From an uncultured delta proteobacterium (GTDB lineage Bacteria > Desulfobacterota > RBG-13-43-22): a DNA stretch of 64,000 bases. A program made the translations under genes and the position numbers. The stretch covers positions 192,001-256,000 of the forward strand of contig CAWJJC010000027.1 of assembly GCA_963843145.1 (NCBI GenBank), read 5' to 3'. Below the pieces are notes generated by a model. The model saw only the letters and a list, made by a program, of their open reading frames with translations, searched no databases and had not been told where the DNA came from. Position 1 is the stretch's first letter. Every line of letters begins with the position of its first letter. Shown here one piece after another: positions 17,504 to 28,099 of the stretch.

Positions 17504-19117
17504 TTATCTCCTTTTCTTTATTCTACTTTTACGAATGATCCACCCTTTGCCGAGCAATCCGCTGATGACCACCAAAAAACAAATACCCACCAGCCAATCT
17601 CCATAGCGGCTGTAAAATGTGCTTCCTTCCCGCAAAGGGATTATAGCCTGAATGGTGGCTTTTTCAAAGAGGGAACTTTTCCGAACAATCCGGCCGGAGG
17701 AATCGATCAGGGCGCTGAAACCGGTATTGGCCGCTCGGGCGATCCAGACCCTGTTTTCCACCGCCCGTAGAGTTAACATGGAAAGGTGCTGGTAGGGGGC
17801 CGAAGTCGGCCCGAACCAGGCGTCATTGGTGATATTTACTAAAAGACGGCAACCGTCCTGTCTTAAGGCCCGACTGATTTCGGGAAAGATGCTTTCGAAG
17901 CAAACCAAGACCCCGATTTTCCCCTGGGGAAGGTTGAGGCCATAAGGCCGGGGACCGGCACTGAAGTCACCGATCGATTCCACCATCCGGCTGACAAAAG
18001 GCAGGAACCGTTTCAGGGGAACGTATTCGCCGAAGGGCACTAAATGAACCTTATCATAATAGGCCACTTGACCGGACGGAGAGAGGAGGTAAGCCCGATT
18101 ATAATATTGAAGACGATTATTTTGCTGGCCCACGGCCGGGCTTCCAAAAAGTAAATAGGCATTTCTTTCACGACTCAACTCAAAAAGTCTGCCGGTAAGC
18201 CGTTGCTCATTGAGAAAGTAAAACGGGACAGCGGTTTCCGGCCAGATCAACAAAGGGCTGGTTTTACTCAAGAAGGGTTTTGTTTCTATCTTGGAGAGCG
18301 CCGTGAGCGATTCATTAGATAAATCGGTATAAATATTAATCGTTTTTTCCTGATAAGCAGGATTCCACTTTAATGATTGGTCTATATTCCCCTGAATAAT
18401 AGAGACCTCTAACTTATCGGTGTGGTCGTCAGCCTTCCGCTCTGCGGGCAAAGCAGCGTAACCATGGGCAATAACGAGGAGCATCAGACCTCCGGCCAGC
18501 ACCGCTTCGCCCCATTTAGCGGACCACGGACGATAGTCGCCGGACTTTAGAAAAATCTGGTAAAGCGCTTGATTTATCATGATAATTAAAAACGAAAGTC
18601 CATAAACTCCGGTGAATTCAACGATCTGAATCAGGGGAAGCACGTTATACTGACTGTAACCGATCAAAGCCCAGGGAAACCCGGAGAGCAGGACAGCCCG
18701 CAGATACTCTAATCCGACCCAAAGGGCCGGGGCCCAGATCAGGGAGAAGAGTCCGCCAGCCGGGAATAAACCCCAAAGGAACCCGAAGACTGCTGGAAAC
18801 AGGGCCAGATACAGGGCCAAAAGGACCAGCATGGAGATACTGATCGGGGTACTGAGGTGGCCGTAATAGCGCATGGAGTAGGTGACCCAGTAAAAAACAC
18901 CCAGGGAATAAATAAACCCCATGGTGTAGCCAAAGGCCAGGCGCTTCCGGGCGGGTTGACCTTCAAGGGACTTGAATAAGGGAATAAAAGCGATCCAGGC
19001 CAGGAACGACCAAGACGTTTTGGGAAAAGAAAGGGTGAGTAAGGCGGCGCTTAAAAGAAGATAGCCAAGCTGTTGTCCTCTTTTATTGGAGAAAAGCGAC
19101 TCCACCGTCGGCGACAT
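17504..19117 (-). CDS. lnt: Apolipoprotein N-acyltransferase
   Basis: TM N-terminus, GFPW, QGNI, IWPETA, YDKVHLVPFGEY, VCFES, NITNDAWFG, RAANTG; conserved lnt-prfB order. Confidence 0.95.
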   Translation of the reverse strand: MSPTVESLFSNKRGQQLGYLLLSAALLTLSFPKTSWSFLAWIAFIPLFKSLEGQPARKRLAFGYTMGFIYSLGVFYWVTYSMRYYGHLSTPISISMLVLLALYLALFPAVFGFLWGLFPAGGLFSLIWAPALWVGLEYLRAVLLSGFPWALIGYSQYNVLPLIQIVEFTGVYGLSFLIIMINQALYQIFLKSGDYRPWSAKWGEAVLAGGLMLLVIAHGYAALPAERKADDHTDKLEVSIIQGNIDQSLKWNPAYQEKTINIYTDLSNESLTALSKIETKPFLSKTSPLLIWPETAVPFYFLNEQRLTGRLFELSRERNAYLLFGSPAVGQQNNRLQYYNRAYLLSPSGQVAYYDKVHLVPFGEYVPLKRFLPFVSRMVESIGDFSAGPRPYGLNLPQGKIGVLVCFESIFPEISRALRQDGCRLLVNITNDAWFGPTSAPYQHLSMLTLRAVENRVWIARAANTGFSALIDSSGRIVRKSSLFEKATIQAIIPLREGSTFYSRYGDWLVGICFLVVISGLLGKGWIIRKSRIKKRR

Positions 19118-19144
19118 GGGTTGGTTGGGAGGATAGAAAAGGGC

Positions 19145-19750
19145 TTAACTGAAATGGTTTAATTTATAATAAGTCTGGTAGCGCAGCACTTTGAAAAGAT
19201 ATTTTTTCGTGTCCTTGAAGGGCGGGACACCGTTGTGGCGTAGGACCTGATTGGGGCCCGCATTATAGGCCGCTATAGCCAGATGTTTATCTCCTTTAAA
19301 GGCATCCAACATTTCCCGTAGGTAGCGAACCCCCCCATAGATATTGTACTTGGGATTGAATGGGTCAGTGATTCCCATTTCTTCTGCCGTGACGGGGTCA
19401 ATCTGCATCAATCCCTTAGCACCTTTCGGAGAAACGGCCAAAGGGTCAAACCGGGATTCGGCATGAATTACTGCTTTTACCAGGGCCGGATCCAGGGCAT
19501 ACTTTTTGGATGCGCTCCGAATCCAATGATCGTAGGTGTTAACCGAGGCTGATCGCTCTTCGAGGGTGAGGTGAAATAAACGAGCGTCCGGAATTGGGGT
19601 CGGTTCCGAGAGGGCGATCTTTTCGCTGAAAAATTCCTGGGATACCCCCTCTTTCTCGGAAAAAAGGAAAAAGAATCCATTCAATCCCAGAATCAACCCT
19701 GCCACCCCAATATGAGCCATTTTTTGAATAATTTGTTTGGTCATAATCAC
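19145..19750 (-). CDS. Lytic transglycosylase (SLT domain)
   Basis: AVIHAESRF, GAKGLMQI, AAYNAG motifs. Confidence 0.9.
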   Translation of the reverse strand: MIMTKQIIQKMAHIGVAGLILGLNGFFFLFSEKEGVSQEFFSEKIALSEPTPIPDARLFHLTLEERSASVNTYDHWIRSASKKYALDPALVKAVIHAESRFDPLAVSPKGAKGLMQIDPVTAEEMGITDPFNPKYNIYGGVRYLREMLDAFKGDKHLAIAAYNAGPNQVLRHNGVPPFKDTKKYLFKVLRYQTYYKLNHFS

Positions 19751-20279
19751 AACCCGCCTTATTGCCGAAAACCCATTGCTTAAGTTTTCCCCGGTCGAAT
19801 CGGTTGAGCGTTCGTACGATAGCTATCTTGATCCAAATTACCAAGATGAGTAAGCAATAAAAAATAGAGCTCAACCTGTTCGGCATTTTTTACCCGGATG
19901 TTATTTTTTGGGAATAGGATTGATAGTAAGGAATTCTAGGATGAATGTCAATGACTATGTTCGGAGTTAGTCAGCCTCAACCGCTGGACTGGCCTGATTA
20001 ACACTCAGAACCACCAATCGTTTAGAACAAAAATATGTATTAGTTTACGTATTAATACAAATTGTTATTATACAATTTATAATAATTTACTTTATATGAA
20101 ATTTGAAATTAGAATTCCAACCTTGTTATTCAAAGTGTTGCGATTTCCTTACTATTTGGGTAGACTAAAAATCACTTCTCGGGTTAAATTTATTTTCGGA
20201 TTATTCATTAAAGAATTATTGAATGGATCATTTAACCATTTATTTTCAGGCGAGTCTAATTAGTTGAAAAATTTGATTT

Positions 20280-20825
20280 ATGACGGATGACCAATTAATC
20301 CACCGGATTCGGGACGGGGATATCGGGGCCTTTGAGCAACTGGTCATCCGTTATCAGAAACCGATATATGCCTTTGTTTTGCGGATGCTGAAAAATCCCA
20401 TGGACGCGGAGGATACCGTTCAGAAAGTATTTCTCCTGGCCTATCAAAACTTGAAAGGATTTCGTTTTGAATCCAGCTTTAAAACCTGGCTTTTTCGCAT
20501 TAGCATCAACCAATGCCATAATCATTTCCGGCAGCAGAAAAAGAGAGAATTCACTCCGTTGGAGGAAATACCCATAGCCGACCCTAAAAATAACCAGGAG
20601 GATGAATTTTCACGAAAGGAATTAAGGGGACAGGCCCAGAAGGCCATTGAAAGGCTTCCCCCCAAACAAAAAATGGTACTACTATTACGGGTAGACCAGG
20701 ACCTTTCCTTTGAAGAAATCGGAAAGGCCCTTAATATGAGAGCCAATTCGGCCAAGGTTAATTTTCACTATGCCCTGGAAAAAGTGAAGGACTGGATCAA
20801 GACCCACCATGAAAACCAAAAGTAG
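20280..20825 (+). CDS. ECF RNA polymerase sigma-70 factor
   Basis: DAEDTVQKVFL, FKTWLFRISIN, region 4 LSFEEIGKAL. Confidence 0.92.
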   Translation: MTDDQLIHRIRDGDIGAFEQLVIRYQKPIYAFVLRMLKNPMDAEDTVQKVFLLAYQNLKGFRFESSFKTWLFRISINQCHNHFRQQKKREFTPLEEIPIADPKNNQEDEFSRKELRGQAQKAIERLPPKQKMVLLLRVDQDLSFEEIGKALNMRANSAKVNFHYALEKVKDWIKTHHENQK

Positions 20826-21489
20826 CTGCGCGAAAATTAGGAAACGGCTGGGGGATTATACCGGTCAACCGCTGACCGGCACCGGAGCCGAACAACTCCG
20901 GGATCATCTTTCCCGCTGTCCGGATTGTCAAAGATTTCACGAAGAAAACACCAAGATCGTAGACGTCCTCCGACTGGATTCCCCGCCCGACCCCGGATCG
21001 GAGTTCTGGAGCCGGATGACCTCCGGGATCATGGCCGAGGTACGTCATCTGGAAAGCCGGCCTCAACTCTGGTACAGGAGAGCCTGGTCCAACCCTTGGG
21101 CCTGGCCGGTGTACGCCTGGTCTCCGGCCCTGATTCTCCTGATCTTCATCGCCGGCTTCTATTATTATGCTTCTTTTTCTAAACCCATTTTATTAGTTAA
21201 AAACGGGTTACCCGCGGCAGAATCGCGACTTGAGGATATCGGGGATTCCTTGGCGGACCCGCTCCTGACCCTAACCCCTCAGGAATCAGCCCGCCTGGGA
21301 AAAAAGATGGAGCACCGATTGGCCCTCGAACTGTATGCCAAAAATGTTGAAGCGGAGGAAGCCGTGTTAGACTGGGATTTGTCTAACCGCCTGGAAACGT
21401 TATCCATCAAAGACCTAAATGAAGTAGCGGATAAATTGCAGACCGGCACCCCTGCCGGGGCCAAGGAGGTCACGGAAAATGTGTCGTAA
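20809..21489 (+). CDS. Zinc-binding (zf-HC2) anti-sigma factor
   Basis: HLSRCPDC motif, one TM helix, overlaps the ECF sigma gene. Confidence 0.85.
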   Translation: MKTKSSCAKIRKRLGDYTGQPLTGTGAEQLRDHLSRCPDCQRFHEENTKIVDVLRLDSPPDPGSEFWSRMTSGIMAEVRHLESRPQLWYRRAWSNPWAWPVYAWSPALILLIFIAGFYYYASFSKPILLVKNGLPAAESRLEDIGDSLADPLLTLTPQESARLGKKMEHRLALELYAKNVEAEEAVLDWDLSNRLETLSIKDLNEVADKLQTGTPAGAKEVTENVS

Positions 21490-22027
21490 GTTAATATTAG
21501 GGACTTTGATCGGGTGTCTGGCTTTCGGGACGAGCTCCCTCATGGCCCAAACCTACCGAGAACCCCTGGATCAACGGGAAAAATCCCGGGAGCGGATTCA
21601 GATGGTCCGCATGTTGAAATTGACCCAGGCCTTAAAGTTGGACCGGGAGGCGGCCGGCCGCTTTTTCGCTGTGGGCGCCCAATACGAGCAGACCAAACGG
21701 CATATCAGGCGTGATCTTCAGGAGGATATTCAGCGCCTGCGGAACCTCACCCGAGATCTTAACGCTCCGGAAAAAGAACTGCGGGAGACGGTCCTGCGGA
21801 TCAAGAACCAAAAAAAGGATTTGAACGACCTGAATAATAAACAGATCGAAGAAGAATTGAGCCTCCTCCGGCCGGATCAACAGGCCCGCTATATCCTCTT
21901 TACGATTGACTTTCATAGGGAAATGGAAGGCATTCTACGAGAAATCCGGGAAGAACGGCCGATGGAAAAGGGTCCTGAGCATGGACCCCGGCCTCCGCTG
22001 GAAGGTTATAAGGAAAGAAGCCGCTAA
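21479..22027 (+). CDS. Periplasmic coiled-coil protein (Spy/CpxP-like)
   Basis: Signal peptide, helical, LLRPDQQ resembles the LTxxQ motif; third gene of the ECF operon. Confidence 0.6.
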   Translation: MCRKLILGTLIGCLAFGTSSLMAQTYREPLDQREKSRERIQMVRMLKLTQALKLDREAAGRFFAVGAQYEQTKRHIRRDLQEDIQRLRNLTRDLNAPEKELRETVLRIKNQKKDLNDLNNKQIEEELSLLRPDQQARYILFTIDFHREMEGILREIREERPMEKGPEHGPRPPLEGYKERSR

Positions 22028-22037
22028 TTTATTCCTG

Positions 22038-22781
22038 ATGAAACTGAAAGACAGAGTAATCCTGGTTACCGGCGCCGGCCAGGGGATCGGCCGGGCCATC
22101 GCGGTGTTGTCCGCCCGGGAAGGTGCCCGAGTCGCCCTGGTCGATCGTAATGAAACCACTGCCCGGGAAACCCTTGATCAAATAAATTCACTCGGGAGCG
22201 AGGGGCTTTTAATCCTCAGGGATATAACTTTGGATCAGGCCGTTCCGGAAATCATCGAACGGGTCCGGGCCCGTTGGACTCGTCTCGATATTTTAGTCAA
22301 CAACGCTGGGTTTGACCGGCCCGCAGGCATCTTTAAGATCAAAGATCCGGAATGGGACGCCGTCCTGGGGGTCCACCTCAAAGCGGCCATGGCCTTTATG
22401 CGGGCCGCCATGCCGGTTATGAGAGACCAGGGCTACGGTCGAATCGTCAACCTCTCCTCCATCTACGGCAAAACCGGGGGTCAGGGAGAGATCGCCTACG
22501 CCACCGCCAAGGCCGGGATCATCGGCCTGACCAAGAGCGTGGCCAAAGAAGTGGGCAAGTTCGGGGTCTGCGTCAATGCCGTCCTCCCCGGCCTGACCGC
22601 CACCCCCGCCATCCAGACCATGATGGCTGAAAGATTCAAAGAAAAAATCCTCTCTCAAACCCCTTTGGGTCGCATGGCCCAACCCGAAGAAATCGCCCAA
22701 GCGGTGATCTTTCTGGCCTCCGACGAAGCCAGCTATATTACCGGCGCCTGTCTGGAGGTCTCCGGCGGCTGGGAGATGTAG
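22038..22781 (+). CDS. SDR oxidoreductase (FabG-like)
   Basis: TGAGQGIG, LVNNAG, YATAK catalytic motif. Confidence 0.92.
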   Translation: MKLKDRVILVTGAGQGIGRAIAVLSAREGARVALVDRNETTARETLDQINSLGSEGLLILRDITLDQAVPEIIERVRARWTRLDILVNNAGFDRPAGIFKIKDPEWDAVLGVHLKAAMAFMRAAMPVMRDQGYGRIVNLSSIYGKTGGQGEIAYATAKAGIIGLTKSVAKEVGKFGVCVNAVLPGLTATPAIQTMMAERFKEKILSQTPLGRMAQPEEIAQAVIFLASDEASYITGACLEVSGGWEM

Positions 22782-22957
22782 CCTCCCTTGTCAATCCCCC
22801 TGTTCCACTTTTCATCTGTCCGGCTTCGCTGCCAAGCAACAGGCATCTATATTTAAAGCTCCCTTACTCCTACACGTACTCGTACACGGAAATCTCCCCG
22901 CCGCTGACTTGAACCATGGGACCAAAACAATCCTCCAATCTCCATAAGCATTAAGCA

Positions 22958-22986
22958 TTGACATTTTTTCTTTTCCCTTTTAGTCT
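22958..22986 (+). promoter_or_regulatory. Sigma70-type promoter of the Liv-type operon
   Basis: TTGACA-17 bp-TAGTCT, ~30 bp upstream of 23017. Confidence 0.55.
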
Positions 22987-23016
22987 ACCAATCAGCGCTA
23001 AAGAAAAGGAGGAAGG

Positions 23017-24294
23017 TTGATGAAAGGTATTTCAAAACTTTTGGGATCGTTCGGGTTGTTTTTGGTTCTCTTAACCTTTTCTGCATTTACAGTACAGGCC
23101 GCGGATCCGATCATTATCGGGGTACCCACCTCCCTTGGTTTTCTGGAGGGGGCGGAGGGGCTCAACAGCGTTCAAATGGCGGTGGAGGAAATCAATGCCA
23201 AGGGCGGGGTATCGATAAAAGGCGAAAAGCACCTGCTGAAGGTCGAGGCCATCGATATCCGTGATGCGGCGCCCGGGGTGCCGGTTCCGGAAGCCCTCCT
23301 GGGAATCGAGAAACTCATTCTGGAGAAGAAAATCAAGGCCATCGTTTTGGCTCCCTTTCGCTCGGAGGCCTTATTAGCCAGTATGGATTTAATCTCCAAA
23401 TACAAGATACCCATGCTGGCGACTACCGCTATGTCTCCGGCCTACACCAAGAAGGTTTTGGAAGATTATAATAAATACAAATATTGTTTTCGGGTTTGTC
23501 TGGATGCCGGGTACCTGGTCGGCTATTTAAAAGGGTCCATGGAATCCATCCACAAGGAGTATGGTTTCAAGAAAGTGTATCTGATGCACCAGGATGTGGC
23601 CTGGGCGCGGGGAACGGCCAACGCCATGGCCGGCATATTAAAAGGGGCCGGCTGGGAAGTGCTGGGGGTGGAATCCTATCCCACCGGAGCCGGCGATTTT
23701 TCCGCCGGTTTGATGAAAGCCCGACAGGCCGGTGCCCAAGTCATCCTGCCGATCTTCGATATGCCCCAAAGCGGCATCCTGGTTAAGCAGTGGAACAGCA
23801 TGAAGGTTCCGGCCCTGATGCTCGGTTTTATTTCGCCTTTGGCCGGCCCGGCCGCCTGGAAAAGTTTTGACGGTAAAATCGACGGGGCCATGAACCTGAT
23901 TTTTGAAATTGGCAATATTCCGGTTAAAAAAGTACCCAAATCGGTTGTCTTCTATGATGCCTACAAAAAGAAATACAACAAGGAGATCGAAGCCGGACAC
24001 TGCCCGGCGCCGGCCTACGAATCCGTCTATATCCTGGCCGAAGCCCTGGAACGGGCCGGCACGATGGATCCGGATGCCGTAGTCAGCGCCCTGGAGAAGA
24101 CCGATCGTCAGGGGGCTATCGGCCGGATCCGGTTCGCCAAGAACCACCAGGTCGTCTATGGAAACGACCCCAAGGAGACGGCCATGGCGGCCATGATCCA
24201 GTGGTCCAAAACCGGGACCCGGGAAATCGTCTTTCCTGAAACTATAGCCGACACCAAGATTCACTTGCCGGAAGGGCTGAAAGCGACCAAGTAA
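23017..24294 (+). CDS. ABC transporter substrate-binding protein (LivJ/K-like)
   Basis: Signal peptide, MAVEEINAKGG, periplasmic binding protein type 1 pattern. Confidence 0.9.
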   Translation: MMKGISKLLGSFGLFLVLLTFSAFTVQAADPIIIGVPTSLGFLEGAEGLNSVQMAVEEINAKGGVSIKGEKHLLKVEAIDIRDAAPGVPVPEALLGIEKLILEKKIKAIVLAPFRSEALLASMDLISKYKIPMLATTAMSPAYTKKVLEDYNKYKYCFRVCLDAGYLVGYLKGSMESIHKEYGFKKVYLMHQDVAWARGTANAMAGILKGAGWEVLGVESYPTGAGDFSAGLMKARQAGAQVILPIFDMPQSGILVKQWNSMKVPALMLGFISPLAGPAAWKSFDGKIDGAMNLIFEIGNIPVKKVPKSVVFYDAYKKKYNKEIEAGHCPAPAYESVYILAEALERAGTMDPDAVVSALEKTDRQGAIGRIRFAKNHQVVYGNDPKETAMAAMIQWSKTGTREIVFPETIADTKIHLPEGLKATK

Positions 24295-24422
24295 ATTCCA
24301 TAAAGCGCAAGGCGTGAGGGGTAAGGGGTTAATCCCCTAGCCTCCGCCTTGAGCCGTTTTGCTTATTTATGTTTTCTTTTTTTTCGCCTAACGACTGACT
24401 CCTTACCCCTAACGGTTTTGAA

Positions 24423-25295
24423 ATGCTTCTCGGCACCCTGATCTACGGCTTCATCAACAGCGTCATCCTGGCCCTGGTGGCCCTGGGTTTCAATTTGACC
24501 TTCGGCATCAGCGGAGTGGCCAATTTCGCTTACGGGGCCTTTTACATTTTTGCCGGGTACGGGGCCTGGATACTTATGAACACCCTGAAATTTCCTTATG
24601 CCCTGGCGATCCTCGGGGCGCTGATTCTGACCATGGTCCTCGGGGCGCTCATGTATCGGCTGGTCCTGCTTCGAATCCGGGGCCTGGTCATTTCCGAAGT
24701 CATCGCCACCTTCGGAATCGGGTTGGCCATCCTGGAGATCTTCCGCTACCTTGGGTTTATCGGTTTTGAATACAACCTCCCGGTCTTCATCGATGGCAGC
24801 CTGGAAATCCGCGGTGTTTTTGTGGATTATCAACGGCTCTTCATCGTCGGACTGGGTTGCGCTATCGCCTTGTTCCTCTGGCTGTTTACCCACTACACCA
24901 AAATCGGTCTGGCCTTCCGAGGCATCGCCCAGGAAGAGCGGACGGCCCTGTCTCTGGGCATCAACTCCGATTGGGTGGCCACCTTGAGCGTAGCCTTCGG
25001 GGCCGGATTGGCCGCCCTGGCGGCGATTCTGATCCTGCCCCTGGGGACCATTTCCGTGGAGGGGGGCTATGATATCCTGATCAATGCCCTGGCGGTGTGC
25101 ATTGTGGGCGGACTGGGCAGCACCCTGGGAGTGGTCGTGGCCAGTTTTCTGATCGGCTACGCGCAGATGATCACCGCCACCTACCTGGAACCCCACTGGA
25201 CCATGATCGTCAGCCTGGTGGCCATCCTGGCTATTCTGGCCCTTAAGCCTTCGGGCCTTTTCGGCAGCCAGAAGGAACTGGAAGAAAGGATCTAG
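24423..25295 (+). CDS. livH: Branched-chain amino acid ABC permease (LivH-like)
   Basis: LVALGFNLTFGISGVANFAYG, IVGGLGS, LKPSGLFG. Confidence 0.9.
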   Translation: MLLGTLIYGFINSVILALVALGFNLTFGISGVANFAYGAFYIFAGYGAWILMNTLKFPYALAILGALILTMVLGALMYRLVLLRIRGLVISEVIATFGIGLAILEIFRYLGFIGFEYNLPVFIDGSLEIRGVFVDYQRLFIVGLGCAIALFLWLFTHYTKIGLAFRGIAQEERTALSLGINSDWVATLSVAFGAGLAALAAILILPLGTISVEGGYDILINALAVCIVGGLGSTLGVVVASFLIGYAQMITATYLEPHWTMIVSLVAILAILALKPSGLFGSQKELEERI

Positions 25296-25301
25296 AACCT
25301 T

Positions 25302-25377
25302 TCACCGCCAAGACGCCAAGGACGCAAAGTAACCAAGAATAAATTTTTTCTTTGCGCTCTTTGCGCCTTTGCGGTGA
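25302..25377. repeat. Empty inverted-repeat pair (CACCGCAAAGACGC family)
   Basis: TCACCGCCAAGACGCCAAGGACGCAAAG - 20 bp - CTTTGCGCTCTTTGCGCCTTTGCGGTGA, between livH and livM. Confidence 0.85.
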
Positions 25378-25390
25378 TATCAAAAGCCCT

Positions 25391-26399
25391 ATGTATATCC
25401 GCAAAGAACGCATCGATCGGGGTATCAAAGTCAGGACAGGGGATATTTTTGCCCTGTCCTCGGGCTGGGATCTGCTCTACCTGCTGGTCCCCCGGGTGTT
25501 GCCGCTCCTGATCGTCATCATCCTGAGCTTCACGCTCAGTCTATACTGGCAGAAGGTCCTCATTTCCACGGCCGTTTTTGCCCTGCTGGCCATGAGTTGG
25601 GACTTCCTGGCTTCAGCCGGCATGGTCTCCCTGGGCCAGGCCTATTTTTTCGGCCTGGGGGCCTACCTGACCGGCATTCTGTCGCATTATTTTCATTGGC
25701 CCATTTGGCTGACCATTCCGCTCGGCGCGGTTTTGGGAGGCCTGGTGGCGACCATCACCCTGCTCCCGGTATTGAGGCTGCGGGGGATTTATTTTTCCAT
25801 GATCACCCTGGTCCTGCCTTTGATGCTGGTCCGGGTCATCGAGGCCACCAAGATCTTCGGCGGCACGGAAGGAATCAGTGGATTGGCCCCCTACCCCAAC
25901 CGCTGGGTGGAGCTCTATCTCAGCTTGACCGCCGTCTGGGTCTGTCTCTTCGCCCTCCGGCGGCTCCTGAATTCCGATTACGGCCTGACCCTGAAGGCCA
26001 TCTGCGACAACGATCGCTCGGTGATGAGTTCCGGGATCAATATTTACTGGTACAAGGCCCAGGCCCTCTTCGTCGCCGGAGCGGTGGGCGCTTTCGCCGG
26101 GGCCTTCATGACCCACTCCTACATGTTCGTGGGCATGCCGGTCTTCGCCCTGGACTATTCGATCCTGCCCATCGCCGCGGCCGTGGTGGGGGGCACGGGC
26201 ACCATGGCCGGACCGCTGCTGGGGGCCTTTATCCTGGTCCCGCTCTCCGAAGCCCTGCGCGGCCTGGGCGGGTCTGCGCATCGTCATTTATGCCCTCTCC
26301 TTGACCGTGTTTACCGTAGCCCTGCCGGAGGGGATCTTCCATTACATTCAGCGCAAGTATCAACAGTTCGAACGCCAGGTAAAAGTGGAATCCGAATGA
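25391..26399 (+). CDS. livM: Branched-chain amino acid ABC permease (LivM-like); +1 frameshift near 26270
   Basis: GMVSLGQAYFFGLGAY, LRLRGIYF. The correct tail GLRIVIYALS...PEGIFHYIQRKY...* lies in another frame and ends at TGA 26397-26399, overlapping the livG ATG. Confidence 0.85.
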
Positions 26400-27151
26400 G
26401 CGCCCCGATCCTGAACGTTTCCAACCTTTCCAAACGCTTCGGCGGAGTCCAGGCCGTGGAGTCCATCTCCTTTAAAGTGCAGCCCGGTGAATTGATGGGC
26501 ATCATCGGACCTAACGGATCAGGGAAGACCACCTTGGTCAACCTGATCACCGGCTTTATCCGTCCGGACAGCGGCTCGATCTATTATCGGGATCGGGAAA
26601 TTACCGGCTGGATGCCTTATCGGATCAGCCGGCAGGGATTGGCCCGAACCTTTCAGATGGTCCGCCCTTTTTACCACCTGCCGGCCTTCAAGAATATGGT
26701 CATTCCCCTTTCCTCGCCCAGGGTAAAAAAGTTGTCCGGAGGGCGCTACGGCGACCGGGACGCCGTGGCCAAGGACCTGCTGGAAGAAGTGGGTTTTGAA
26801 CGGGATTCCTCGGTGATCAACAAGGTGGCCGGCGCCCTGCCCCACGGCTATCTCAAGCGTCTGGAACTGGCCAAATGTCTGGCCCTGCGGCCCGAACTGA
26901 TCATCCTGGATGAGCTCTTTTCCGGTCTGAGTCTGGCCGAGGTGGCCGGGATCCTGCCGATCATCGAAAAAATGAAATCCGAGGGCAAGACCATCCTGAT
27001 GATCGAACACCGCTTGCGGGAACTCTTCCGTATCGCCGATCGGGTGATCGTCCTCAATTTCGGGCAAAAAATCGCCGACGGCCGGCCGGACCAGGTCATG
27101 CAGGGCGAGGAAGTTAAAAAGGCCTACCTGGGGACTGAAGGAGAAGGATAA
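26396..27151 (+). CDS. livG: ABC ATP-binding protein (LivG-like)
   Basis: GPNGSGKTT, ARTFQ, LDE, IEH. Confidence 0.9.
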   Translation: MSAPILNVSNLSKRFGGVQAVESISFKVQPGELMGIIGPNGSGKTTLVNLITGFIRPDSGSIYYRDREITGWMPYRISRQGLARTFQMVRPFYHLPAFKNMVIPLSSPRVKKLSGGRYGDRDAVAKDLLEEVGFERDSSVINKVAGALPHGYLKRLELAKCLALRPELIILDELFSGLSLAEVAGILPIIEKMKSEGKTILMIEHRLRELFRIADRVIVLNFGQKIADGRPDQVMQGEEVKKAYLGTEGEG

Positions 27152-27255
27152 ATAAAATCAAATTCGAAATTTAAAACCGGTGGCCTTTGAACTCCAGCGG
27201 TCCATCAAGTGGGGGAATCCCCTTCCCAACTCCTCCCGATCCGGAGGGGGGAGAA

Positions 27256-27321
27256 GTTTCGGTTATTTGAATTTTGAACATTGCTGTTTGTTTCGGATTT
27301 CGTGCTTCGGATTTCGAATTT
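27256..27321. repeat. Heptamer-periodic repeat, copy 2, next to a GC-rich REP-like segment (27201-27255)
   Basis: GTTTCGGTTATTTGAATTTTGAACATTGCTGTTTGTTTCGGATTTCGTGCTTCGGATTTCGAATTT, close to the reverse complement of 36981-37046. Confidence 0.8.
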
Positions 27322-27345
27322 AAGAATTTAAAGGATAAGAAGAAG

Positions 27346-28095
27346 GTGTTGCTGGACGTCAAACATTTGATGATTTTTTATGAGAACGCTCTGGCCCTGA
27401 ACGACTTCAGCCTCCAGGTGGATGCCGGGGAGATTGTGGCCGTCATCGGCTCCAACAGCGCCGGGAAAACCACCCTGATGAATGCCATCTCCGGCTTGAT
27501 CCTGGACATTCAGGTCAAGGAAAAGCGTAAGGGCGGAGAACGCATTACCCTACTGGGGGAAGTCTGGTTCAATCGGGAGGACCTCAGCCGGGTGAGCCCG
27601 GACAACCGGGTTAAAAAGGGGATCGTCCTCTGCCGGGAACGGCATCCCATTTTCCCTGAAAGCGATGTGCTGGAAAACCTCCACATCGCGGGTTATCTGC
27701 GCAGCCGGAAAGAAATCAAGGAAACGGTGGACCTGGTTTTCACCCTTTTTTCCAATCTGGCCGGTCACAAAAACCAGAAGGCCGGTTTTTTGAGCGGCGG
27801 GGAACAGCAGATGCTGACCATCGGCATGGCCCTGGTGGTCCGTCCCAGCCTGCTCCTCCTGGACGAGCCCCTGCTGGGTCTGAGTCCGGCCATGCAAACC
27901 AAATTGCTCTCGGCCATCAAAACCATCCGGCAGGAGACCCGGGTGACGATTCTGATCAGCGAACAGTTCGCCCGGCCGATCCTGCCCATGATCGACCGGG
28001 GCTACGTGATCGAAAACGGCATGCTGACCCTATCCGGCACCAGCCGGGAACTCATGGAGAACCCGGAGGTGGTCTCGGCCTATTTCGGGGTATAA
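27346..28095 (+). CDS. livF: ABC ATP-binding protein (LivF-like)
   Basis: GSNSAGKTT, LSGGEQQML, LLDEP; likely GTG start at 27346. Confidence 0.9.
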   Translation: MLLDVKHLMIFYENALALNDFSLQVDAGEIVAVIGSNSAGKTTLMNAISGLILDIQVKEKRKGGERITLLGEVWFNREDLSRVSPDNRVKKGIVLCRERHPIFPESDVLENLHIAGYLRSRKEIKETVDLVFTLFSNLAGHKNQKAGFLSGGEQQMLTIGMALVVRPSLLLLDEPLLGLSPAMQTKLLSAIKTIRQETRVTILISEQFARPILPMIDRGYVIENGMLTLSGTSRELMENPEVVSAYFGV

Positions 28096-28099
28096 GATT

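Noticed and set aside
19900-20279. AT-rich tract as replication origin or foreign insert
   Set aside because: No clustered DnaA boxes recognised; it is adequately explained as the divergent promoter region of slt and the ECF operon.
25352-27151. Apparent 599-aa LivM-LivG fusion
   Set aside because: An extra G near 26270 causes it; the normal LivM tail and stop lie in another frame and overlap the LivG ATG.
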